From an uncultured Armatimonadetes bacterium (GTDB lineage: Bacteria; Armatimonadota; UBA5829; DTJY01): DNA of 64,000 nucleotides. The position numbers were made by a program, and so were the translations under genes. The stretch is taken from positions 4,544,001 to 4,608,000 of the forward strand of contig OY970325.1 of the NCBI GenBank assembly GCA_963717145.1, given 5' to 3'. Positions 29,201-39,741 of this stretch are shown here, piece by piece (the stretch's first letter is position 1; every line of letters starts with the position of its first letter). The notes beneath the pieces are model-generated. The model was given only the letters and a program-made list of their open reading frames with translations, did no database searches and had not been told where the DNA came from.

Positions 29201-32121
29201 CGCACACCAACATCGCAACGGCGACCGGCACTCCGCCGAGCGGACCCGATGTGACCGATCCGGATACCCTGACTGTCACCTTCACTGAGACTCCGTCCAT
29301 CAGTATCCAGAAGACGTTTGCCTGGACGACCGGTGATGGCTCGCAAGTGGGTCATGAAGTGACTTACACCTACACGGTGACCAACACCGGCAATGTGACG
29401 CTGAATCCTGTCACGGTGAGTGATGACCAACTCGGTCCGATCACTCTGCTTGCGACGAGTCTCGCGCCCGGAGCGTTCACCACGGGCACCGCGACTTTGA
29501 CCGTGACCCAGGCGCTCATAGATTCCGTCTCGCAGACCAACATCGCGACCGCGACCGGCACGCCGCCAACCGGTCCCGATGTGACCGATACGGACTCCGA
29601 GACGGTTGACTTCATTCTGGGCCCGCACATAGATATCGAGAAGACCTTCGCCTGGACTACCGGCGATGGTTCACAGGTGGGCGATATAGTGACGTTCACG
29701 TTCACGGTGACCAACACCGGCAATGTAACGCTGAATCCCGTCACCGTGAGCGACGACCAGTTCGGACCGATCACGCTGCTCGCGACGAGTCTCGCGCCCG
29801 GAGCGTTCACCACGGGCACCGCGACATTGACTCTGACCCAGGTGCTGCTGGATGCCGGCACTCACACCAACATCGCGACCGCGACCGGCACGCCGCCGAC
29901 GGGACCCGATGTGACGGATGACGATACACAGATCGTCACTTTCACCACGACTCCGTCCATTCACATTGCCAAGTCATTCGAATGGACCACCGGGTTTGGT
30001 GATCAAGTCGGCGACATAGTGACCTTCACGTTCACGGTGACCAACACCGGCAATGTGACCCTGGACCCCGTCACGGTAAACGATGACCAACTTGGGCCGA
30101 TAACGCTGCTCGATACGAACCTCGCTCCCGGCGAGATGACGACCGGCACCGCGACTCTGACTCTGACCCAGGAACTGCTGGATGCCGGCACTCACACCAA
30201 CATCGCAACGGCCACCGGCACTCCGCCGAGCGGACCCGATGTGACCGACGAGGATACCCAGATCGTCACCTTCAATACGATGCCGTCCATTCACATTGCC
30301 AAGTCATTCGAGTGGACCACAGGCGATGGCTCGCAGGTGGGTGACATAGTGACCTTTACCTACACGGTGACGAACACCGGCAATGTGACGCTTGACCCTG
30401 TTACCGTGAGTGACGACCAACTCGGACCGATCACGCTGCTTGCGACGAGTCTCGCCCCCGGAGCGTCCACCACAGGAACCGCCACGTTGACCGTGACCCA
30501 GGCTCTGCTCGACGCCGGCTCGCACACCAACATCGCAACGGCGACCGGCACACCGCCGACCGGACCAGATGTGACAGATCCGGATGAGAAGACTGTGACC
30601 TTCGCGCAGACGCCGGGGATCAGTCTGGTCAAGTACGTCTCAGTCGATGGCGGCGCAACCTGGCATGACGCCAACGCCGCCCCGGGGATATATGCGATCA
30701 CGGGCCAGCCGGTGCAGTGGAAGTACGTAATCACTAACGTCGGCAACGTGACCCTGTCAAGTCTCACCTTGATCGACAGTGTGATCGGCCCGATAATACT
30801 CAGTCCCACAACCCTGGCTCCGCAGGCCGCGATCACTGTGTATCAGAGCGGCACGGTTATCAACGGCCAATATACCAACGTGGCCACGGTCACGGGCACG
30901 CCGTCCGTTGGAGACAACGTGCAGGCCAGCGACCCTGCCAACTACTTCGGCGAAGATGCGTCGATCTCGGTCGTGAAGTCGGTCAGCACGACCGCGAGCG
31001 GACCGTGGGATGACGCCAATTCGCCCCCGGGGCCGCAAGTGACGGTGGGCAGCGACGTCTACTTCCAGTTCGTCATCACCAATACTGGCTCGGTACCGTT
31101 GAGCGGGGTGACCCTGACCGACAGCGTCTATAATGCCGGTTCGACTCCGCCGTTCGTCCCGACTCCACCGATACCTGATCCGCTGGCGACATCGGCCACC
31201 TACACCTACGTCTACGGGCCGGTGACCGCCACCGCCGGCTTCCACACCGATATCGCCACGGCCACAGGCACGACCACGGGGGGGACTGACGTAACGGACA
31301 GCGATCCGGCGCATTTCTTCGACGAATTGCCTCCTCTCCTCCAAGCCTATCCGGGCGATTCGGGCGGAACGAACACCGCGTTTGCGGGCTATCTGGCTTC
31401 GCCCGGGGAAGTGATCAGTTCCGTTCCGGGCGTCTTCGTGATCGTCCCGCAGAATCCCGGAGATCCTGCATGGGCGAACTACGTACAGGCGTTTCAGGAC
31501 GAGGTAGATTACACTCTCAAGGACGTGACTCTCTGCAAGACCCATCCGGACATCATCCAGTGTGCGGACGTCTTCCCTTCAGGCGTGATCTGCCAGCAGG
31601 GAACGCCGAACATCCGGCTCCACTGGCCGCTGATGTATGAAGTGCCGGGCACGACTTGGACGCTGACGATCCTCTACGGCACGGGAACCCCGTATGACCC
31701 CGATGGCCCGGGTCCCGAGCCCCTGGGTTATGTGCATACCCAGGTGTGGACCTGGCAGGTGGATGCGACAGTTCAGAGCATGAAGGACCTGCTGGAGCTG
31801 TTCCACGAGACGCCGTTCGGCCTGGATGAAGTTCCTCTCATCTCAGATGAGGCGCTCTATCCAATCCTTCAGGCCAAACTCGATGCGATCCAGGACGCCC
31901 TCGATATGGATCCTCAAGACCTTGTCGGCGCGGGACAGATCCTCGGCGACTTCGAGATGGAGGTGATGGATGCCTGCATCGCTACCTCGCCGGCACGACC
32001 GAATCCCACTGGCAATGGCACCGGCATCGCCCAGACCTTCGAGAATCCGGGGTGCTGCAAGTTGATGGTCGACTCGGAGTACATCGGCTTCCAACTCGGC
32101 GTCTTCCAGCCGGTCAAGTAA
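26227..32121 (+). CDS. 1964-aa secreted/surface protein with DUF11-like and SdrD_B-like domains and tandem Ig-like repeats
   Basis: Signal peptide; PGDVLLYTIAIDN (DUF11-like); IGDFVWTDSNGNGLQD..EPG (SdrD_B-like); repeated VGDIVTFTFTVTNTGNVTL units; GGAGG RBS. Confidence 0.88.
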   Translation: MSMSLRQLLAVIFALVLVTLGQTNPAAAANPTPVQYFYVPFPEDQLLAGLQAIELGGSESAPVDPVQTYISIAAIANDTIVYYDQWENGYDADISNPVNLYNVGNLGGTQIWGDADAANGAPPGIPSDVINAGTVIILQNAVTTTNLLAIDFDGGDKFAATKTIAVTRVGYAAGPNSLLAGAVEVFDTTNWGLDHRAPVGQDIPSADDHQMFQYTGLAILAGEQGATIQIDADANGVFETTQTLTEGQSYFVNGGVNVGGRVLSDELVQVDMLTGDIASNYESRDSELLPISLWFSDYYTPVSTSATAQSIAGTATTVWLYNPDVSAITVQYQTRNGLGNLTTTPLTVPGGPQGGYLSQVIPDGYGAHFSTSGAKFYPFSTTNSTDTDTDGNQAWDWGFTLIPKDSLTSQALIGLGIGRDPTSGSSPSQDGNPIWVTPVGNGDTPVTVYVDFDANPATGALTDPNGNKYDLALSLKELERAKVYDTTDGDQTGTLVYALATGVKLAVAWGQDPQTASAGAPGLDVGTGVPPAPEFSAGKNGVLYTDTDGDGFVSPGDVLLYTIAIDNVSRAPVPDVLLQDTVPVDTTYVPNTTFFTNASNVTTQIPDNGVGTAFPLDGSGIILDSITALPVGGSYVVTFRVTIDSFPNLTPGTTEIINLGSVSAVGETTDLEDHTPLHGRIGDFVWTDSNGNGLQDVNEPGVNGVTVRLLDGLGNVLATTTTANNGIGDPGYYTFTGLLAGSYIVEFVAPGGYTFTVQNADAQGLNGAVNSDANITTGRTVVFALAAGQTNMNADAGFFIPNPLIDIVKSFVWTTGDGDQVGDIVTFTFTVTNTGSVTLNPVTVTDDQFGPITLLATSLAPGAFTTGTATLTLTQALLDAGSHTNIATAHGTPPIGPDVTDTDTRTVTFTETPSIHIAKTFEWTTGNGSQVGDVVTFTFTVTNTGNVTLNPVTVNDDQLGPITLLATSLAPGASTTGTATLTLTQALLDAGSHTNIATATGTPPSGPDVTDPDTLTVTFTETPSISIQKTFAWTTGDGSQVGHEVTYTYTVTNTGNVTLNPVTVSDDQLGPITLLATSLAPGAFTTGTATLTVTQALIDSVSQTNIATATGTPPTGPDVTDTDSETVDFILGPHIDIEKTFAWTTGDGSQVGDIVTFTFTVTNTGNVTLNPVTVSDDQFGPITLLATSLAPGAFTTGTATLTLTQVLLDAGTHTNIATATGTPPTGPDVTDDDTQIVTFTTTPSIHIAKSFEWTTGFGDQVGDIVTFTFTVTNTGNVTLDPVTVNDDQLGPITLLDTNLAPGEMTTGTATLTLTQELLDAGTHTNIATATGTPPSGPDVTDEDTQIVTFNTMPSIHIAKSFEWTTGDGSQVGDIVTFTYTVTNTGNVTLDPVTVSDDQLGPITLLATSLAPGASTTGTATLTVTQALLDAGSHTNIATATGTPPTGPDVTDPDEKTVTFAQTPGISLVKYVSVDGGATWHDANAAPGIYAITGQPVQWKYVITNVGNVTLSSLTLIDSVIGPIILSPTTLAPQAAITVYQSGTVINGQYTNVATVTGTPSVGDNVQASDPANYFGEDASISVVKSVSTTASGPWDDANSPPGPQVTVGSDVYFQFVITNTGSVPLSGVTLTDSVYNAGSTPPFVPTPPIPDPLATSATYTYVYGPVTATAGFHTDIATATGTTTGGTDVTDSDPAHFFDELPPLLQAYPGDSGGTNTAFAGYLASPGEVISSVPGVFVIVPQNPGDPAWANYVQAFQDEVDYTLKDVTLCKTHPDIIQCADVFPSGVICQQGTPNIRLHWPLMYEVPGTTWTLTILYGTGTPYDPDGPGPEPLGYVHTQVWTWQVDATVQSMKDLLELFHETPFGLDEVPLISDEALYPILQAKLDAIQDALDMDPQDLVGAGQILGDFEMEVMDACIATSPARPNPTGNGTGIAQTFENPGCCKLMVDSEYIGFQLGVFQPVK
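28636..30615 (+). repeat. six tandem 330-bp (110-aa) intragenic repeats
   Basis: Conserved TGG codon at 28663, 28993, 29323, 29653, 29983 and 30313. Confidence 0.92.
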
Positions 32122-32155
32122 CCGTAGTTCCGGCGTAAGGCCTGAACGCCACGAT

Positions 32156-32192
32156 GACAAGGGCGGACCGCTCTTGCGGTCCGACCCTTGTC
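32156..32192 (+). terminator. hairpin downstream of the giant gene
   Basis: GACAAGGGCGGACCGC-TCTT-GCGGTCCGACCCTTGTC. Confidence 0.6.
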
Positions 32193-32221
32193 GCTCGAGT
32201 AATACCCCTCCACCGCGCCGC

Positions 32222-32283
32222 TCTCCAGACGACTCCGTCGTCGTCCGGAGCCGGCCACCGACGACGACGGAGTCGTCTGGAGA
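32222..32283. repeat. palindrome with 24-bp arms (GACGACTCCGTCGTCG family)
   Basis: Related to 54360-54409. Confidence 0.75.
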
Positions 32284-32374
32284 TCGGCGCTTTCTGCTCG
32301 AAATAGCCGCGTTCCTGCGCGGTACGTTGCTCAGATGACATCCACTATCCTTGATCGTGAACTCCTTCTTATCT

Positions 32375-32714
32375 CCCTCTGCCTCGCCTACGGTGGTTGA
32401 TTGCACAGTAGTACTGCAACCGCTTATGGACCAAGACGGCCAGTGGTTTGACACAAGCCACCGAATGACAAGGACTGCGACCGGCAGGGTAGCCTGCCAT
32501 AGCTATAGAACCATACATTGAGACTATGTTTAGGCATCTCGGTGCATTGGGTACTCAGGGTGAGGTGAGTGGAGCAGACGCGCGCGCAGAACGCTCGGAG
32601 TGCGTCGGCTTCCCACTCGGCATCCTGCAGCCAGGGCCGAGCGGGCATGATTTCGGCAGGGAGGCCCTCGACGGTCAGGATGACACGGGCGGGCCGCGAA
32701 AGCGGTCCGCCCCT
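32375..32714 (+). pseudogene. internally deleted copy of the comF-end/giant-gene locus (promoter, leader, last codons, terminator)
   Basis: 32375-32581 matches 25887-26093; 32594-32714 matches 32073-32190 (SECVGFPLGILQP vs SEYIGFQLGVFQP, plus a homologous hairpin). Confidence 0.8.
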
Positions 32715-32813
32715 ATCTATGTGGAGTTCGGGCGAAGTCTGACGGAGACTCCGCCTTGCCGTCGTCGAATGCATCTTACATTCCCTGCCTCACTGGAAGG
32801 CAGTCAGGTATAC

Positions 32814-33203
32814 TCAGCGCGTCAGCCACTCCCGGAGTTCGATCGTGAGCCCGTCGGGGTCGCGGATCTCGGCGCGCTTGAAGTTGCCCATTGTGAGCGG
32901 ACCCCATACTACCTCGATCCCCTTGCCGTTCAGATACGCGACTGCCTCGTCCATGCTGTCGATCTCGATGGCGATCGCCTTGTAGCCGACGGTCCACGGG
33001 TCCTCAGGCATCGGGCCGGGGCCGTCGACGTGTATCAGCTCGATGGTTGTGTCGCCGAGGTGGACGTAGGCGATCTCCTTCAGCCTGGGCGCATCCACCG
33101 TCACACGCTCGCCCATCTTGAAGCCGAGCACATCGATGTAGAACCGCATCGTTCGCTCGAAGTCGCTCGGCACGATCTCGAAGTGGTCGATTCTCTTGAA
33201 CAT
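32814..33203 (-). CDS. VOC/glyoxalase family protein
   Basis: IDHFEI..FYIDVLGF, IELI, IRDPDGLTIEL; AAGGAG RBS. Confidence 0.9.
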   Translation of the reverse strand: MFKRIDHFEIVPSDFERTMRFYIDVLGFKMGERVTVDAPRLKEIAYVHLGDTTIELIHVDGPGPMPEDPWTVGYKAIAIEIDSMDEAVAYLNGKGIEVVWGPLTMGNFKRAEIRDPDGLTIELREWLTR

Positions 33204-33281
33204 TTGTGCCCTCCTTATCCCTGTTCGATGCTTCGGTAGCGGCGCCGGGCCTCTGCTACCGAAGCATTGTAACTATCGTGA

Positions 33282-33360
33282 CGGGGATGGATGCTGAATC
33301 AAGTTCAGCATGACGGTAGACGAGCGAGTCATGCTGAACTTGATTCAGCATCCATCCCCG
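33282..33360. repeat. REP-like palindrome with 33-bp perfect arms
   Basis: CGGGGATGGATGCTGAATCAAGTTCAGCATGAC and its reverse complement. Confidence 0.85.
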
Positions 33361-33403
33361 ATCCTGACTTCTGACTTCTGACCCCTGACTCCTTCATTCC
33401 GCC

Positions 33404-33432
33404 TTGACTCCGCGCACGGGCCAACCTATACT
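33404..33432 (+). promoter_or_regulatory. sigma70 promoter of lipB, predicted leaderless
   Basis: TTGACT, N17, TATACT, then 6 nt to ATG 33439. Confidence 0.7.
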
Positions 33433-33438
33433 TGCTCC

Positions 33439-34116
33439 ATGAGTGGACGACTCGACTGCATCGACCTCGGGCGGATCGGCTACGGGGCGGCGTTGGATCT
33501 TCAGAAGAAGCTCCTCGATCGCCGGCTCGCCGGGCTTATCCCCGACACGCTTCTCCTCCTGGAGCACGACCCCGTGATCACCATCGGCACGGCGGGCGGC
33601 GAGGAGAACGTGCTGGTCGATGAGGAGCGCCTCCGACAGGCGGGGATCGAGCTTCACCGGACCGACCGTGGCGGCAACATCACCTACCACGGGCCGGGAC
33701 AGCTCGTCGGCTACCCGATCTTCGACCTCCGCGAGCACGGCAAGGACGTCCATCTATTCCTGCGACAACTTGAACAGAGTGTGATCGGCATCCTCGGCCA
33801 CTACGGCATCCGGGGCGAGGCGGTCCCGAAGCTCACCGGCGTCTGGGTCGGCGGCGACAAGATCTGCTCGATCGGGGTCGCGGTCCGGAAGTGGATTTCA
33901 TATCACGGGTTCGCCCTCAACGTGAGCCCCGACTTTCGGCACTGGTCGTTCATCCATCCCTGCGGGCTCGTGGGGAAGGAAGTCACGTCGATCGAGCGGA
34001 TTCTCGGCGCTCCGGTCGATATGGCTCAGGTCAAGTCCCTCGCGGCGGAGAAGGTCGCGGAGGTGTTCGGGCTTACGCCGGAGTGGAGGCAAAAGTTCAG
34101 TGCCAGGATCCGCTAG
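33439..34116 (+). CDS. lipB: lipoyl(octanoyl) transferase
   Basis: LLEHDPVITIG, DRGGNITYHGPGQLVGYP, KICSIG, HGFALN, PCGL. Confidence 0.96.
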   Translation: MSGRLDCIDLGRIGYGAALDLQKKLLDRRLAGLIPDTLLLLEHDPVITIGTAGGEENVLVDEERLRQAGIELHRTDRGGNITYHGPGQLVGYPIFDLREHGKDVHLFLRQLEQSVIGILGHYGIRGEAVPKLTGVWVGGDKICSIGVAVRKWISYHGFALNVSPDFRHWSFIHPCGLVGKEVTSIERILGAPVDMAQVKSLAAEKVAEVFGLTPEWRQKFSARIR

Positions 34117-34117
34117 T

Positions 34118-34231
34118 CCTGAGTATGCCGGTGAATGACGGCATGTAACGAAGGACGGTCACACATGCCCAGGGGTTGGTGCTTCCCAGGCCGCCCTTCG
34201 TTACATGCCGTCATTCACCGGCATACTCAGG
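34118..34231. repeat. REPIN-like palindrome with 37-bp perfect arms
   Basis: CCTGAGTATGCCGGTGAATGACGGCATGTAACGAAGG and its reverse complement. Confidence 0.85.
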
Positions 34232-34269
34232 GTCTACGGTAGTAGGATGCGTTGCTCACTGGAGGTTTG

Positions 34270-35124
34270 GTGAACAGACGAATACCCGAATGGCTGACAG
34301 TCAAGGCGCCCAGGCGCGGGATGTACGAGGAGATGGCAGGCTTCCTGGAGTCGATGGGTCTCCATACCGTCTGCCAGAGCGCCTCGTGCCCGAACATCGG
34401 CGAGTGCTTCGGGCGGCACACCGCGACGTTCATGATCCTCGGCAACGAGTGTACTCGGAGCTGCGGGTTCTGCGGCGTCCGGCACGATCAACCGCTTCCG
34501 GTCGATCCCGACGAGCCGCGCCGGGTCGCGGAGGCGTCGATGAAGCTCGGGCTGAGGTACGTCGTCGTCACGTCGGTCACGCGGGACGACCTGCCCGACG
34601 GCGGTGCGTCCCAGTTTGCCGAGACGATCCGCTGCTTGAAGGCGGCGATCCCCGAGGCGAGAGTCGAGGTGCTGATCCCCGACTTCCAGGGCGATCGGGA
34701 TGCCCTCGAGACGGTGCTGGTGGCCGAGCCGTTCGTGCTCAACCATAACGTCGAGACGGTGCCCCGCCTTTACTCAGTGGTGCGACCTCAGGCGGATTAT
34801 CGCAGATCACTGGCAGTGCTTGAAACCTCGAAACGCTTCCCGGCGTCTATATATGTAAAGTCGGGCTTGATGGTCGGGCTCGGCGAGCGGGAGGAAGAGG
34901 TAGTCGAGGTTCTAAGCGATCTACGCAGTAAGGGATGCGACATCGTCACCATCGGCCAGTATCTTCAGCCCTCCAGAAAGAATCTCCCGGTAGTCGAGTA
35001 CATCCCGCCGTCTCAGTTCGAGGAATACGAACGGATCGGCCGCGACATGGGGTTCAAGCATGTCGCGTCAGGTCCCTTCGTTCGCAGTTCCTACCACGCG
35101 GCGGAGATCAGCGGGATCGAGTGA
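34270..35124 (+). CDS. lipA: lipoyl synthase
   Basis: [42 protein letters not shown] before GTG 34270. Confidence 0.97.
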   Translation: MNRRIPEWLTVKAPRRGMYEEMAGFLESMGLHTVCQSASCPNIGECFGRHTATFMILGNECTRSCGFCGVRHDQPLPVDPDEPRRVAEASMKLGLRYVVVTSVTRDDLPDGGASQFAETIRCLKAAIPEARVEVLIPDFQGDRDALETVLVAEPFVLNHNVETVPRLYSVVRPQADYRRSLAVLETSKRFPASIYVKSGLMVGLGEREEEVVEVLSDLRSKGCDIVTIGQYLQPSRKNLPVVEYIPPSQFEEYERIGRDMGFKHVASGPFVRSSYHAAEISGIE

Positions 35125-35134
35125 ACCCACGCCC

Positions 35135-35210
35135 GTAGTGGCCGTGCCTCAGTGCCGGCCATCCGGGTTTCAGACGGAACGGATGGCCGGCACTGAGGCA
35201 CGGCCACTAC
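35135..35210. repeat. GTAG-type REPIN with 31-bp arms
   Basis: GTAGTGGCCGTGCCTCAGTGCCGGCCATCCG and its reverse complement. Confidence 0.85.
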
Positions 35211-35220
35211 AGAAGTTCCC

Positions 35221-38200
35221 ATGCGCAGACCCAAGAGTCCAGCGGTTATCATAGGTTTGTTGTCCATGCTCGTCGTGGCTGCCATCGCGGCGGTCCACGT
35301 CCTTTCCAACGTCCGGTCCGCATGGGGCATGCTCTCACAGACGCTCTCGACCGCGATCTCGGAGCAGGTGAAGGGCAAGCTCACGCTCGGCAGTGTCGAT
35401 GTCTATGTCGGCGGCGCAGTGTTCCGAGACGTGTCGCTCGCCGGCGAGGACGGCTCGAAGCCGATCGTGGCGGCGGAGGCCGTGAGGGTTCGTTTCGGAC
35501 TCGCCGATCTGATTGCCAACCGCAAGGATCCCGTGCGCGCGATCGATTCGGTGGAGATCATCCGCCCGAGAGTCGCCCTCGAACGAGGCGTCGATGGGCG
35601 GTGGAACGTCGCCGACCTCTTGAAGCCATCAGCCCAGCGCCCGCGGAAGGAGTTCAGGGGGCGCGTCGTCATCACCTCGGGCACTGTGAGTGTGCTCGAC
35701 CGAATGATCGCGGGCAACCCCGAGAAGAACGCCCTGCGGAACGTCGGCGGGGTCATCGACTTTGCCGATCCGAATGCCGATTTCCGGCTGACCGCCGACG
35801 GAACCGCCGGGCGAATGGGCAGAATCTCCGTCAGAGGACGGTATGACCTCGAGAGCGAATCGTTCGACGCCGATCTCGAGGGCCTGAGCGCCGATATCTC
35901 CTACTGGACGAAGTACCCCTTCCACATGAAGTTCATGGACGTGTCCTCCGGCGGTTTCGATGCCCGTGCGCACCTGTCGAGCGGCAACGGCAAGCCGTTC
36001 CGCTGTTCCGCCGAGTTTCAGGTGACTGATGCGTCTGTGAAGCTCAAGATGATGCGGTCGCCCGCCAGGCACGTGCGCGGACTGGTCAAGCTGGCGAATG
36101 ATGAGGTCGGCCTCTCACTTCGGGCGAGCCTCGGTTCTTCACCATTCCTCATCTCCGGCAAGGTGCTCGGTCTGAAGGGATCGAAGCTCGCGCTCGATCT
36201 TCAGTCCGACCGAGCCAACTTTCGGGAGATCAGCCGGCTGGTCTCCATCTCAGTTCCAAAGGGCATGACACTTCCTACCACGGGCAACGCTCTCGTCTCC
36301 CTGAGCGGGCCGTCAAAGAAGCCGAACGCCCTCTTCAAGCTGGCTGGTCCGACGTTCATCTACAAGACTTTCACCGCCGCCGGAGTTCGCGCCGAAGGAA
36401 GCTATTCGCCTCAGCACGTGGAAATCCGCCGGGCAACCGGGAGCGCGTACGGCGGCTCGGTCGAGGCGCGCGGCGAGTTCGGCTGGGGGCCGCGGAGAGG
36501 CATCTCGCTCCACGGGAGCGCATCCGGCGTTCGTCTGTCCCAGGTGCAGTCGCTCAAGGGCCGCGGAATCGATGCGATCACGTCCGGCCGGTTCGGCCTC
36601 GAATGGGGCGCATCGAGCGGCCTGGGGACGTACCGAGGCTCGATGACCGATGGCGTAGTCCACGGCCAGAAACTCGGGCGGGGAGCGATCGCGGTTTCGT
36701 ACGACGGCGCCAACGTGCATCTGGATGAGGTCAGCGCCGAGATGTTCGGCGGCAAGGTGGCGGCTTCCGGTGATGTCCTGCCGAACGGCGATCTTGACCT
36801 CGAGGTATCTGGCGCGGGGATCAACCTCGGCGAGGTGCAGGATATCTACTGGAGCCGGCCCACGGTCGGCATGCTGCAGTTCGATGGACGGCTGCTGGGA
36901 ACGCCCGAGTCGCCCACGTTCAGCGGGCAGGTCGAAGCCTACCATGTCATGTCACAGGGCATATCGGCGGAGCGCATCTCAGGCGACCTGGAGGTCACGC
37001 GCAGATACATTCGGCTGCATGCCCTCGAGATCAGTGACCCCGCGGGCCGGATCATCGCTTCGGGTGAGGTTCTGAGGCCGTTCTCATCGTCCCCCCGTCT
37101 CGATCTGGCGCTCGGCATCGAGGATCTCGACATCGAGCGGTGGGCGGTATCCGCCGGGCTGCCGTTCGTGATCACAGGCAGCCTCTCCGCGGACGTGAAA
37201 GTCAGCAGGACGCTTCCCAATCCCTACATTCAGGGCACCGCGCGCATCGATCACGGTCGGATCGCCGACATACCGCTCGATTCCGTCGGGTCGCAGGTGA
37301 CGTATCAGAACGACCGCCTCACCGTCGCTGATCTGGAGGCCCGCAGCGGGAACGGTATCCTTACGGCTGACGGCAGTTTCGGGTTCGAAGACCGGGCGGT
37401 TCGCCTCGACTTCGATGCCCGCGATCTGCCCATGGACAAGCTGGCCGGCCACTTGCGAGAGTACGTTCTGCTCTCTGGTGGACTGAATGCGCATGGGGAA
37501 CTGACCGGCTCATTCGAGAACGCCGTGCTCAAGGCGAATCTGGACTCCGTCGGCACGAAGATCAACGGCCAGGGGTTCGATGCGTTCCAGGCCGACCTGT
37601 CATGGGTCGATGACAAGCTCCAGGTCGGCAAGGCATCGCTCGAAAGTGGCGCGGCTTCATACTCCGTGTCCGGCTCCTATTCGCAGGCCGATGATAAGGT
37701 GGACTTGATCGCTGAGGTCAGGAATGGGGCGATCGAGAAGCTCATCGGGCTGGTCGCGAGAGGCCCTCAGAGCAGGGCAACCGCGTCGCTCAGGGGACAT
37801 CTATCATCTCTTCCGCAGCCGTGCCGGGGCGTTCTGGACCTGACGGTGACCGGCGGCATAGACCTTTCGGGTCCGCGGCCGGCTCCACACCTTCAGGTCG
37901 AGGGCAAGGTATCCGACGCCGATGTCGGCCTCAGCGGCATCAAGACGGTGCTGCTGGCAGGCGCATGGGAGGACGATACCATCAACGTGGACAAGTTCGA
38001 GGCGCTGGACGGCGATACGCGTCTCACCGCCGGCGGTGTCTACGGACCTGATGGCAGGCTCGACCTTCATGCCGACGCGCGCAGTCTCGATCTGGGGTCG
38101 GTGGCCACCTGGCTCAAACTCGACCAAAACATTTCGGGCGCCGCCGACGTAACCATTACTGCAAAGGGGACTGCCGAGTCACCCTACGTGCAACTGAACC

Positions 38201-39727
38201 TTGACATTCAGGAACCCTGCGATCGAGAGCACGAAGTTCGACAGCCTGCATGCAGGTCTCTCGGCGCGGCGGCTGAGTGAAGCCGGTTCGCCGCAGAACA
38301 GGATCAACATCGACGCTCTGACGATCGTGCTCGGCAGCAGTCAGTTGGACGCGTCCGGATACCTTCCGGTAGACTGGACTGCTCACTCCATCCCGCGTGA
38401 CAGGGAGATCCTTGTCGAGGCGGCATTGAACGATGAGAGCCTGAAGCTGCTCTCCGCTTTCGCGGGATCTGCCATCCAGGGCGAGGCCGGAGGAAGTCTC
38501 AGCGGCAAGGTCAGCTACGGCGGCACGATCGATCAACCCAGTCTCCAGGGGGGACTGCAATGGCGCGATGGAAGCGTCCGATTGGCCGGGCTGAACAAGC
38601 CGTTCGAGCAGATCGACGCGGATGTGTCGCTCAGCGGACATACGATGTCGGTCGATTCGCTCGCAGGCCGGTCGGAGGAAGGTGGCAGCTTCCGGATCGC
38701 CGGCCCCGTGGACCTGACGGGACTCAAGCCGATCCTCGATCTCAGTCTGACGACCTCGGAACTGAGGGTCTCCGGCAGAGACATCAGCGGCAAGTACGGT
38801 GAGAGCGTCGACGCGGTGTTCGACTCGGACCTGAAGCTTACCGGCGAGTGGCGCAAGCCCCGCATCGCGGGAACGGTCTCGGTCCCGAGGGGCTCGATCG
38901 GCATCGGCTCGAACGGAAACGCGCGGAAGAGCGCGGTACGGGTTTTCGATCCCGGGTTCGATCTGCGAGTGACGCTTGGGCGTGATGTCGTGCTGAGGAC
39001 GGCTCAGCTTCAGACCGCGCTCCCGGGATCCTTGTCCGTGGGCGGCTCGCTCGGCGAGCCGATCGTCGATGGCCTGATCGATCTGGCCGACGGCACGATC
39101 GCGTTCCCGATGCGGACGTTCAAGATCCTGCCGGGGAGCGACATGCAGATCAGGACGTCACCCGGACAGCCGGCGCTTGTTCTGGTGGACGTACAGGCGC
39201 GCGGAAGCGTTGTGGACGTCCCGCCGCTCGGTAAGCGCACGAGGTACGTCGTCACGATGCAGGCAACCGGTCCGCTCGATAAGCTGCGTCCGACGTTCAC
39301 ATCGTCTCCGGTTGGTCTGGCGGAGCAGCGGATCGTGGCTCTGGTCACGGGTCAGTACCATTTCGAGAAGATACTGAGTGGGAACTCCGGTCAGGATGTG
39401 GGCAAGGAGTTGTCGGGACTCTTCTCCTCGGCGGTCATGCCCGTCATGTTCGGGCCGATCGAACAGGCTTTCCGAGAGGCTCTCGGATTCGACGAATTCG
39501 CGCTCGAGATGGGCTACCAGCAGCCGATGGAGCTGAGCATAGGCAATCAGTTGGGGCACGATACATATTTGAGCTACTCGGCGGTTCTCGGAGCAAGGCC
39601 GGACTATGCGGACAGCAGCTATCAGTTGAAGCTCTCGTACCGCATACGAAACAATCTCGAGATCGGCGTGCAGACGGATGAGAACAGGACGATGCAGATC
39701 AGCGCCGAGGGCAAGATCCGATTCTAG
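35221..39727 (+). CDS. tamB: TamB/AsmA-like translocation and assembly protein; frameshift at ~38212
   Basis: N-terminal TM anchor, beta-rich body, DUF490-like C-terminus ending KIRF; two ORFs join (LDIQ|NPAIES) if one base is removed; lies upstream of bamA. Confidence 0.8.
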
Positions 39728-39741
39728 CCACGAGAGGATAG

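Noticed and set aside
25887-32581. Diverged repeat pair as DGR template/variable repeat or Tn7-like ends
   Set aside because: Differences are not adenine-specific, there is no reverse transcriptase or Tns gene, and the copies are direct and extend into leader and terminator homology.
32526-33239. 237-aa plus-strand ORF
   Set aside because: Mostly antisense to the VOC gene; its only meaningful part is the remnant of the giant gene's C-terminus.
38201-38280. Programmed frameshift or phase variation in tamB and the other split genes
   Set aside because: No slippery heptamer or long homopolymer or SSR tract; sporadic indel error is simpler.
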